From the IMG/VR virus record IMGVR_UViG_3300048839_001435: DNA of 43,792 nucleotides. One strand, given 5' to 3'. Positions 19,167 through 27,496 of this stretch are shown in pieces. Below the pieces are notes generated by a model, which saw nothing but the letters and a program-made list of their open reading frames with translations, made no database searches and was not told the DNA's origin. This stretch comes from an uncultured virus (IMG/VR IMGVR_UViG_3300048839_001435) (lineage: Duplodnaviria; Heunggongvirae; Uroviricota; Caudoviricetes). Every line of letters starts with the position of its first letter. Position 1 is the stretch's first letter. Both the position numbers and the translations under genes were made by a program.

Positions 19167-21080
19167 GTGGTCGACGCTACACTAGCTGTCTTAACATTTG
19201 ACGGAACCCGAGATTCCTTGGTAAACGGGATCGCTGCTAAGTCTGCAGCAGCCCACGAAACCGATTTCCGTGTTTTTAAGGCTGTGACTCGGAAATACAG
19301 TGAACTAGGAGAACCCGTGACACTTCGTCTGAATTCGCCGGACAACGCTCAGACTCGCGCCGCGTTGGAACAGTTGTTGAAAGCGGTTCCAACCAGCGCG
19401 TTCGAGCACCTCCGAAACCCCAAGACGGTGTCGGGATGGAAGTACGTCTACCCGAACGGTAGGGCGTTCATCGGCCGCGTCGCCGGCAAGTACCACACCA
19501 ACGCTTGGCGCGACGCGACGTTGTGCGCCGCGGAGTTGTTCTTGTTGGAGAACCCCAACAGTCCGGTCGGCAAGATCTACGCACGTCTCGTCGCGGGAGA
19601 TGCGCCGGATCAGATCGCCGAACTGCGGGCTGCTCTCGGTGCTCAGGGGCCTGCTGCGCAACGCCAGACAGAGCCTCCGCCGGAGCGTGTGCCTGCGTGG
19701 GACGCCGACCCCGCAGTGGGAATCATCGAGAACAAAATCGTCGCGGTCGTCAAGGCCATCAACGCCATGGAGCGCGCCGGCGACGAAGACGGTCTGGAGA
19801 AGCTCAAGGAGGTTCTGGCGCGGTTGACGGTCGAGTTCAACCAAGCAACGCGCCGCGCCGATCGCCGCGCCGAAGAACTGGCGCAGGCGAAAGCCAAAGC
19901 AACTCTCGATACTATGCTTGCCGAGGACCCCGATCTGCGCGCAGCTTTGGCCGAGGTTCGCGCCAACCCCAGCAGCGTCAGCTCGCGGATGATTCACGAC
20001 TTCGCCACGGAGAAGGCGCGAGCCGCGTTCGCGGCGACGCTACAAGGGGACCACAGCTACGTGCCCACACACATCAACCTGCGCCCGAGCGTCGACTACG
20101 CCGTGGTGCAAGGTGTGATGTCGTACTGGTACCACTGGATCGGCGCCAAGATGGGCTCGATCCAAGATCCGGTGTTCGACAACATCGGTCTGGACAACCC
20201 GCTGGCGGCCCCCGAGATTCGCCGGCTGCTGGCTCAGGGCATCCCGGCCGACTTCCTGTACCACCCGCAGACGAAGCAGCTGCTGCACGACATGAGCGAC
20301 CCGGCAGGACCGCCGGCGACGGGCTTCCCGTGTACGATCGGCGCGGCGGCGATGCTGGTCCACCTGCGGCCGGCGACTCACCTCGTGCCGTGGCAGCCGC
20401 TGCCCGACGATGCTGCGTGTGACGTCGGCATGCTCGCCGACTTCGTGATGGGCTACGACCCGAAGCAGACCGCCATGACCGGCCGGGCGCAGCCTCTGAA
20501 GCTGCCGAGCTACCTGCGTGGCGCGGACGCGCAGCGGTTCCCGGTGCTGACGGTGCCGGAGGCTTTTCTCACCTGGACACTTGCTATCGCCGCCGCATCT
20601 GGAGTAGGGTCTGGATACGCTAAAGTGGTACTCTCGGCGCAGACTGCCGTCGATCGGGTCGCCGCGTATACGAATCTCCGGGTGTCTCGGGCCTTCGGAC
20701 AGACCTCGACCGTCGAAAACTGGAAGAATATCAGCCAGTTGTGGACGAGTCGGAGGGCTCTCGGCGAGCCCGAATCGGAGATCCGAGCCGACCTCGGGGA
20801 CCCGCCGGTCCGGCCCGATTTGGAGCCCGACTGGCACGGGCCTGTCCTGCGCCTGAAGGCCGCCGTCATCGAGCAGCTGCCGATGTTCGCCCACTGGGCC
20901 AGCATGCCGGCGCTGCTGCACGGTGCCGGTCAGCGGTTCGAGCCGCTCGACGTCCTGGGAGAGCTGGACCGCGCCAAGACGCCGCCGGCGCTTCCGCCGG
21001 CTCCCGAACCCAAGCCGGCACGCGCCCCCGTGCTGATGCCTTGGATCACGCCGGCGCCGTGGGACGACGAGACTGCGTAA
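19167..21080 (+). CDS. Large hypothetical protein (coiled-coil middle, Pro-rich tail), start uncertain
   Basis: 637-codon ORF, strong codon bias from about 19400 onward. Confidence 0.75.
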   Translation: MVDATLAVLTFDGTRDSLVNGIAAKSAAAHETDFRVFKAVTRKYSELGEPVTLRLNSPDNAQTRAALEQLLKAVPTSAFEHLRNPKTVSGWKYVYPNGRAFIGRVAGKYHTNAWRDATLCAAELFLLENPNSPVGKIYARLVAGDAPDQIAELRAALGAQGPAAQRQTEPPPERVPAWDADPAVGIIENKIVAVVKAINAMERAGDEDGLEKLKEVLARLTVEFNQATRRADRRAEELAQAKAKATLDTMLAEDPDLRAALAEVRANPSSVSSRMIHDFATEKARAAFAATLQGDHSYVPTHINLRPSVDYAVVQGVMSYWYHWIGAKMGSIQDPVFDNIGLDNPLAAPEIRRLLAQGIPADFLYHPQTKQLLHDMSDPAGPPATGFPCTIGAAAMLVHLRPATHLVPWQPLPDDAACDVGMLADFVMGYDPKQTAMTGRAQPLKLPSYLRGADAQRFPVLTVPEAFLTWTLAIAAASGVGSGYAKVVLSAQTAVDRVAAYTNLRVSRAFGQTSTVENWKNISQLWTSRRALGEPESEIRADLGDPPVRPDLEPDWHGPVLRLKAAVIEQLPMFAHWASMPALLHGAGQRFEPLDVLGELDRAKTPPALPPAPEPKPARAPVLMPWITPAPWDDETA

Positions 21081-21084
21081 CGCG

Positions 21085-21339
21085 ATGCGTTGGCTGTGCC
21101 CCAAGCATCGCGTCGCCGGTCTCGAAACGGATCGCGCCTGCTGTCGTAGTGCCTTCTGGGCGACCGCCGCAGTCGATCAGCGGGTGTGGTATGACATCCG
21201 CATCGCCTGCAAGTCGAAGGAGGATCGTCTCGCGATCGCCCTCTGGGGGTCGATCGACACCAAACAGGCGATGGCCAAGGGCGCGGCGCGGCCGTGTATC
21301 GCCGCTCGGTGGATCGTCTTCGAGATCGAGGTGAGCTGA
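21085..21339 (+). CDS. Small hypothetical protein
   Basis: Starts 4 nt after the previous stop, coding-like composition. Confidence 0.5.
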   Translation: MRWLCPKHRVAGLETDRACCRSAFWATAAVDQRVWYDIRIACKSKEDRLAIALWGSIDTKQAMAKGAARPCIAARWIVFEIEVS

Positions 21340-22417
21340 TATGCTCAGTGCACAGTACATCGGCGCCGTCGAGACTCCACTCGCCCCACGCCCGCGGAGT
21401 CGCGTGCGTACCGGGCGGCGGATCGTTCGAGGGTCCGTTGCGCAGGCGGCGGCACGAGCTAGAGCAAACTCCGTCTCACGCGCATCCGACGGCATGCCTG
21501 CGTACAGGATGTCTCGTGCTGCAGCGCGAGTGCGGAAGCGGCCCTCCACATCGCGTTCACGCGGCACGGCGTCCGAGAGCCGGCCACAACCGTCGACGCG
21601 GGCTCTGGCGTAAGTCGACATGTGTAGTTTGCACTACATCGCCACGACTTCGGTCACGCCTCAATTGCGGTGGCGCAGCTGGGCACGTACCAAGGACCTA
21701 ATCGTTCGGTGGTCCTTGTCGCACACGTCACGGCTCAGAACCCACTCCGTCTCGCACACCGAAGCGTCAGCATATCACTGATGCCATTGCCGCCGATTCT
21801 GTACAGATACACTCGGCTGCCGTCGACGTGCCGATCCCGCCGCGGCCGTTGGGTCGTGTGGGTCAACCGCATCAGAGGACAGCGACGCTGCCCCGGGAGC
21901 AGTTCGCGCTTGTGTGTACTGCGGTGACCGCCTAGTGTATCGCCATACAGAAAATGACGCCGACGTTGGAATATGGCCTGTGTGTTTGGGCGGTTGGCGA
22001 CCCTCGCACACGTCTGAGCTGGTCGCGGAGTCGACGCGCTACGCGGGCCACTTCTCGCAATGGTTGCGCGCGGACGGCCGCCAACTGTAGTCGGAACTGG
22101 GCGATCAGGTTTGGCTACGGCCGCGCCGCGCCGGCGCAGAACATACTGCAGGCGTTACACTGAGAACTCACACGTGATCGCACTACTGCACCGCGCACAT
22201 CTCCACCGAGATTATCGTCTCGGTGCCGCCCGGAAGGCGTCCAGAAGCGACGCGCGTACTCGAACCCTATGGCCTCGCGCAACATGTCGTGTGCGGGACG
22301 CTGCGGTTCGCGCGGGCAGCACAACCCGCTCGGGCGTCGACTGGCGGGCCACGTCTACGTGCGCCTGCCGCTATCAGCACCTGGCTGGCCCGGACGGCCG
22401 CCTACCGCTGCACGCAC

Positions 22418-22849
22418 TCAACTGAGCACGGGCTCGTTGTCGTCGTCGTCGCCCTCTTCGTCGTCGTCGAGGTCGACATCGTCAGCCACGTCCGTCCGGT
22501 CGCGGTACGCGATGGCGCCCAGCTCGCCGTCGTCGCGGGCCTTCACGATCGCCGCCGTGCTGGCACGGTCGAGCAGATCGATCAGGTCCCGGAGCATGTT
22601 GACTTGCTCGGCCAGATAGTCGCTGTCACCAGAGGCCAGTCCCTGGCGAACCGCCGACACGATCTCGCGGATGTGCTGATCGTCGGTGTACGGGCGCCAG
22701 ACGACGAGGAACGCGCCGTGCCAGCCGCGCTCCCTGATGAGGTCCCCCATCAGCTCTGAGAGCTTCGAGGGATCCCGCGTCACGGTACGTGGCTCCTCGT
22801 CGTCAGCAGTCAGATCCGGCAGCGCCGGCGCGTAGACCTTGGCGCCCAC
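22418..22849 (-). CDS. Hypothetical protein with acidic tail
   Basis: Abuts the upstream gene stop, DDVDLDDDEEGDDDD tail. Confidence 0.7.
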   Translation of the reverse strand: MGAKVYAPALPDLTADDEEPRTVTRDPSKLSELMGDLIRERGWHGAFLVVWRPYTDDQHIREIVSAVRQGLASGDSDYLAEQVNMLRDLIDLLDRASTAAIVKARDDGELGAIAYRDRTDVADDVDLDDDEEGDDDDNEPVLS

Positions 22850-23581
22850 TCAGAGCACCACCTTCGACGCCGCGACACTGATGTTGGCGATGTCGGTGAT
22901 GCCGGCGCGGCGGGCCGCGTCGAGCGCCTCCTCGACGGTGTGGCCGAGGGCGTACACGCGCGGCATCTTCCCCTGGTTCGGTCCGAACTTGGGGATGATC
23001 TGCCACAGCTGGGAACCCTGGAGCTTGGCGATCTTGTCGGCGAACGCCTGACCGAGCGCCGCCTCGCCGGCGGCCAGCTTGGCGGCCACCTCGGCCGCCG
23101 CCGCAGCCGCCCTGACGTCTGCCGCCGCCGCCGCGTCGCGCGACGCAGCCTCGGCCGCCTCGACTGCGGCCCGCGCCTCGGACATCGCAGCGTACGCCTC
23201 GCTGGCGGCGTTCTGGGCCGTCTGCAGCTCGACCGTCATCCGCGCGACCTCGGCCTCGGCCGCGTTGGCGCGCCCTTCGACCAGTGCCCCGGCAGCCACC
23301 TGCTCGGTCAGGTGCGCCACGCGCCCCTCGGCCTCGGCCAGCTGCGTGTTGGCCTGGACGAGCGCAGCCGTCGTCTGGGAGAGCGCCGACTCCAGCTCGG
23401 CGATGCGCGGGTCCACCGCGGCGACCGCAGCGTCCGACACGTCGAACGTCTCGGGAGCGCCGGAGACATCGACGGTGTCGGTGACGGCGTCGGTAGTCGT
23501 CGTGGCGTCGGTGACAACGACAACGTCGACCGACGAGGCGTCGGAGGTGGCTTCCTTGCGGGGCTTGCGATCACGGGCCAT
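22850..23581 (-). CDS. Ala-rich coiled-coil protein
   Basis: MARDRKPRK start after a GAGGA RBS, long heptad region, operator upstream. Confidence 0.75.
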   Translation of the reverse strand: MARDRKPRKEATSDASSVDVVVVTDATTTTDAVTDTVDVSGAPETFDVSDAAVAAVDPRIAELESALSQTTAALVQANTQLAEAEGRVAHLTEQVAAGALVEGRANAAEAEVARMTVELQTAQNAASEAYAAMSEARAAVEAAEAASRDAAAAADVRAAAAAAEVAAKLAAGEAALGQAFADKIAKLQGSQLWQIIPKFGPNQGKMPRVYALGHTVEEALDAARRAGITDIANISVAASKVVL

Positions 23582-23659
23582 GGGTAGGCTTCCTCGGGCT
23601 TGGGGAGCTGTCACGCTACCAAAGGGCTGTGACACACTTCGGCGCACCCCAAGCCTATC

Positions 23660-23675
23660 GATCGCAGCCGCGATC
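23660..23675. promoter_or_regulatory. 16-bp operator copy GATCGCAGCCGCGATC
   Basis: Intergenic, 2 nt upstream of minus-strand TAGGCT (23652-23657). Confidence 0.8.
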
Positions 23676-23683
23676 CGCAAGTG

Positions 23684-24118
23684 CTAGGCGTCCGTCGAGC
23701 TGCCCCGCTCCAGCACGCGCCACCACTCCCCGACGAGGTCCTCCCGGACGAGCTTCTTGGCGTCGGGGTGCATTCTTGGATCGAACGTATCTTCCGGCGG
23801 TACGGGACCCAGACGATCGAAGTTCCAGACCTCCGCGCCGACGTAGAGTCCGGCGTTCCTCGCGAACCGCGCCGTCACTCCATCTTCGCCAAACGTCCAG
23901 ACCCCGAACGTATCTCCTGAACGCGACAAGGTCGTCATCAGGTTCAACGCGCCCGCCATCACGTATCGGTCTCCGTCGACCCACGCCAGTCCGCCTCCAG
24001 GTTCGATCGGAAACCACACGTCAGGCGCTCGTGGGTCCTGGTTCATCTCCAGTGCCCAGGTCGACACCCAACGGAACCACGCTGGCGTCGGACTGCATAC
24101 GTACACGATCATGCTCAT
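23684..24118 (-). CDS. Hypothetical protein
   Basis: Trp-rich ORF from ATG 24118. Confidence 0.6.
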   Translation of the reverse strand: MSMIVYVCSPTPAWFRWVSTWALEMNQDPRAPDVWFPIEPGGGLAWVDGDRYVMAGALNLMTTLSRSGDTFGVWTFGEDGVTARFARNAGLYVGAEVWNFDRLGPVPPEDTFDPRMHPDAKKLVREDLVGEWWRVLERGSSTDA

Positions 24119-24184
24119 CAGTCTCAGCTGAGCCGGCGTATGTTGCAACCCACAGCCACCGACGACTTTCGTCGAAACCGCCGC

Positions 24185-24463
24185 ATGGACATCACGAAGA
24201 AGTTCCGGGGTGTGGCCACCGAGCAATCGCGGATCTCGTGGCTGGTTTCAGAGACGGAGCGCCTTCTCCATCCGTTCGCGATGCCCAGGCGAAAGCTACG
24301 GCTGCGCGACGCTGACTTGACGCGAATCAAGGGCACACCTGTCCGCGTGACGCCGTATGGCGCGAAGCTGAGGAGCATCTACGCCAGCACCCTGAGTACG
24401 GATCGCCGACTACCGCGAGCCGGACGCATAGGTTCGTTCGAGGGCCGGCGTCTCTGGTTGTAA
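24185..24463 (+). CDS. Small basic hypothetical protein
   Basis: ORF divergent from 24118, no motif. Confidence 0.4.
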   Translation: MDITKKFRGVATEQSRISWLVSETERLLHPFAMPRRKLRLRDADLTRIKGTPVRVTPYGAKLRSIYASTLSTDRRLPRAGRIGSFEGRRLWL

Positions 24464-24962
24464 AGAGATCGGGAGTTAGAGAACCCCATCGGGATGCGCC
24501 ACCGGATGGACGAGAACGAGCGCGCTCGGTTCCCTAGCCGCACACGCGCGCGGCTGATCCTGGGCCACGTCCAGAACACCGTCGAAGCGGCTATCGCAAG
24601 CGATCGAGAGGCGTCCATGGCCACGGGATCCGTAGCGGGATGTAGGGCGCGAGCACGCGGGCGTAGCTTCCGTGCCGCGATACGGCTGAGGCTACGCAAG
24701 TGCGGGATCGCTGTGACCGTCGAGGATCTCGTACTACGGCTGATGCTGCGGGCGCGGGCGTGGCCGCGGGGCGGCGACCACGTAAAAGCCGCAACAGGCA
24801 AAGAGATGGGCGCCTCTACCGCAGTGCTTGGGGGGACGGGAACGGTAGAGGCGCCGAGGGGTGCTCGATCCATGTGCGTGGAGATCACCCGGTAAGGGCG
24901 AGAGTACACGGTGTGCCTTGGCTGCGCAAGACCCTGTTTCACTGGACGTAGGTTCTTGAGCT

Positions 24963-25262
24963 ATGATCAGGGCCATGCGCGGAGATGTATCCCACGCCGA
25001 CGTAGTCGACGCTGCCCAGAAGGCATTCGGCCGCTCGGCGACGCGTATCAAGAACATCGTCACGACGGACGGGTTGGCCAGGATCCTGGTTCACACCGAT
25101 CATCGTGGCGGCCAGATCACGCTCGAAGAGCTGGTCACCTTGGCCTACTACCTGAGCCTCGACGCCGCCAGCGTGTCCCTGTGGGACATCGAGGCGAACG
25201 TCATCGAGGTCATCGTCGATCTGGAACCGCGTACGCCGGTGGAGCGTCCTCCTAGAGTCTGA
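24963..25262 (+). CDS. Hypothetical protein
   Basis: TAGGTT lies 8 nt before the ATG, coding-like composition. Confidence 0.6.
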   Translation: MIRAMRGDVSHADVVDAAQKAFGRSATRIKNIVTTDGLARILVHTDHRGGQITLEELVTLAYYLSLDAASVSLWDIEANVIEVIVDLEPRTPVERPPRV

Positions 25263-25295
25263 TGCTCTAGCAGTACCACCGGCGACTGACACAGC

Positions 25296-25697
25296 TCACA
25301 GGCTGAGCGGCGTGGCGACTTCGCCGGGCTTGCGCCCTGCGCGCTCCAGCTCACGCTGCCGGGCGCCCTCGCAGAACGACTTGGTGTCCTTGACCCACTC
25401 CTTGTCGTCCTCGTCGATGCCGGGCATCGTCTCGAAGATCTCGACGAAGCGCAGCAGTCTCTGCCACGGCCAGCCCTTGACGTTGTCGTAGTGCAGCTCG
25501 CCGATGCCGAAGCCGATGGCCCAGCGCGCCATCCGCATGGCCTCGACTGCCTGTGCCAGCTGCGGGATCTGCCCCAGTTGCTGCTGTGCGATCTGCGTCC
25601 GCAGGCGAGCCGCCTCGTTCTCGGCGTCTTCCTTGGCCTTGACGAGCGCTTGCAGCGCCCCGAAGTCGATCTCGGTCCGTGCCTTCGTGATGCTCAC
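25296..25697 (-). CDS. Hypothetical protein
   Basis: RBS AGGGGAG before GTG 25697, strong codon bias. Confidence 0.7.
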   Translation of the reverse strand: MSITKARTEIDFGALQALVKAKEDAENEAARLRTQIAQQQLGQIPQLAQAVEAMRMARWAIGFGIGELHYDNVKGWPWQRLLRFVEIFETMPGIDEDDKEWVKDTKSFCEGARQRELERAGRKPGEVATPLSL

Positions 25698-25719
25698 GAG
25701 GTTCTCCCCTGTTTGAGTC

Positions 25720-25980
25720 TCAGCCGTCCTGAGAAGCAGCGACAGCTGCATCGACGTACCACACCCAGAAACGGACGTCACCTTTTGGCGTGGGGTCGAT
25801 GACCCACGGCCACCACGGCATCGTCTGCGCCCGCGCGACAGCCTCCATCACGGGCTCGCCTGGAGTCCGACGCAGGATCCGCTTCACCGAGTTGGGGGGT
25901 GCATCGAACAGCGCGCCCAGCGTGTGCTGATTCTGGGCCCACGCTTGCTGCTCTCGTCGGAGCTTGTCCTTGTTGGCCAT
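25720..25980 (-). CDS. Hypothetical protein
   Basis: MANKDKLRREQQ ORF in the same operon. Confidence 0.6.
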   Translation of the reverse strand: MANKDKLRREQQAWAQNQHTLGALFDAPPNSVKRILRRTPGEPVMEAVARAQTMPWWPWVIDPTPKGDVRFWVWYVDAAVAASQDG

Positions 25981-26008
25981 AGCTACATCCGGTTGTACTA
26001 CAAACGCA

Positions 26009-26329
26009 CTAGTTCCGGCTACGGCGCATCCGCGCCAGCTGCGTGAACAGCTCCTTCCAGTCGATAGCGGCAGCCGCAACGACCGCTCGGCGCGTGAACA
26101 GCAACGCGAACGGAACTGGACGACCTGTCGGGTTCTTGACCTTGATGATCTTGGGTCCGATCTCGTCCAGAAGCAAGCCGGCGGAGCGCGGCCAGCTGAT
26201 CAGCAGCGGCACGTCGTTGTCCAGATCCAGAGGTTTCTCGACGGCGACTTCTACCGTAGCGCCGGGCGCGGCCACACCGAACGCCGGGCTACGCCACGTC
26301 TTCGACGGACTCACTGTCGACTTCGTCAT
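26009..26329 (-). CDS. Hypothetical protein, start uncertain
   Basis: Fills the operon gap, coding-like C-terminal half. Confidence 0.5.
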   Translation of the reverse strand: MTKSTVSPSKTWRSPAFGVAAPGATVEVAVEKPLDLDNDVPLLISWPRSAGLLLDEIGPKIIKVKNPTGRPVPFALLFTRRAVVAAAAIDWKELFTQLARMRRSRN

Positions 26330-26603
26330 CGGGCTCACTCTCGTCGATCCGGTTGGGGTCCACCAGCGCGGCGGCGTCGAGCGCGACGACCTTGCCGGCA
26401 CGGCGGCGTGTGGCGGTCTCCGGCACCGGAAAGCCGAACCGCTCGCAGAAGAACCGGAAGTGGTTCTGGCTCAGCCCGAGCCGCGTACACGCCACGTCCC
26501 AGTCGCCCTCGGCCGTTTCGAGCGCGTACTCGATGGCGTGACGTTGAGCCTGCTCGACGGCGAAGTAGAACGGCGAGTCCTTGCGGGCTGATTCACGCGC
26601 CAT
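26289..26603 (-). CDS. Fis-type HTH DNA-binding protein
   Basis: AVEQAQRHAIEYALETAEGDWDVACTRLGLSQNHF follows the Fis/HTH_8 pattern, acidic tail. Confidence 0.6.
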   Translation of the reverse strand: MARESARKDSPFYFAVEQAQRHAIEYALETAEGDWDVACTRLGLSQNHFRFFCERFGFPVPETATRRRAGKVVALDAAALVDPNRIDESEPDDEVDSESVEDVA

Positions 26604-26946
26604 GTCCAGACTCCGTGGGCTCGTCGTCCGACACCGCCGAGCCGAGGAACTCCAGCGCCTTCAGGTGCAACGCTGCGACGAGCGGCGTCGTGATCGTGGC
26701 GCACAGCCCGCCGACGATCCACGTGACGGGATCGGCGCCATCGAGCCCGGCGAAGTCCAGGTTGTAGATAGTTCCGCCGGTGACCGTGATCCCGAACCCG
26801 TACCAGGTGCCTGCGCAGGCTGCGCAGTCCATGAAGCTGGCGATCGCCTTGGGATACCGACTCCACAGCGGCGCTGTGATCGCCGCGCGCGAGCCTAGGT
26901 AATACAACGCTGCCGCGATCAGCGGATAGATGAAGAATGCAGTCAT
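26593..26946 (-). CDS. DUF1360-like small membrane protein
   Basis: Hydrophobic segments flanking FMDCAACAGTWYG (CxxC..W), RBS GGAGG. Confidence 0.6.
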   Translation of the reverse strand: MTAFFIYPLIAAALYYLGSRAAITAPLWSRYPKAIASFMDCAACAGTWYGFGITVTGGTIYNLDFAGLDGADPVTWIVGGLCATITTPLVAALHLKALEFLGSAVSDDEPTESGHGA

Positions 26947-26956
26947 GTTGTCCTCC

Positions 26957-26972
26957 GATCGTAGCTACGATC
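26957..26972. promoter_or_regulatory. 16-bp operator copy GATCGTAGCTACGATC (perfect palindrome)
   Basis: Directly upstream of the GGAGG RBS of 26593..26946. Confidence 0.75.
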
Positions 26973-26981
26973 CCAGGGGAT

Positions 26982-27416
26982 TCAATCCCCCACGTCTTCC
27001 TTCAGCTCCTCGGGCAGCTTGTCCAGCTTGGCTCCCGCCGTCGCGATCGACGCGCCCTGGCGACCCGTCCAACGATCGCACAGATAGGCGTTGTGGACGA
27101 AGTCGGTGCCCGAGTGTCCGGGCAGGCAGATCCCCCACACGCCCAGCGCCACGCCGTGGTCCATCGTATCGACCATCGCCTTGATGTTCATGCACAGCGG
27201 CGCTTCTTCTCCTCGGGGATCGTTCAGTGAGATCTGGAGCGCACGGGCCAGATCCTGCTGGCGGTTCAACGTCCACTTGCCCTTGGCGAGTTGGTCGTTG
27301 TTCCAGTGGATGCACGACCAACAGCCTCGGGCCCGCTCGAACGTGCGGTCCTTGAACATGTCGGCGGCTACAAAAGCACCCTCTTCCGGCTTGGCCGGCT
27401 TGCGATCGTCTGCCAT
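26982..27416 (-). CDS. Cys-rich hypothetical protein (possible metal binding)
   Basis: CWSCIHW, GICLP and YLCDRW motifs. Confidence 0.7.
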   Translation of the reverse strand: MADDRKPAKPEEGAFVAADMFKDRTFERARGCWSCIHWNNDQLAKGKWTLNRQQDLARALQISLNDPRGEEAPLCMNIKAMVDTMDHGVALGVWGICLPGHSGTDFVHNAYLCDRWTGRQGASIATAGAKLDKLPEELKEDVGD

Positions 27417-27440
27417 GGCCCTTACAGATACCCCAAAGCA

Positions 27441-27456
27441 GATCGCGGCTGCGATT
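27441..27456. promoter_or_regulatory. 16-bp operator copy GATCGCGGCTGCGATT
   Basis: Between the divergent genes starting at 27416(-) and 27497(+). Confidence 0.75.
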
Positions 27457-27496
27457 AATTGGTGTCGTCCCGAGATCTGAGTAGGATGCCGACAGC

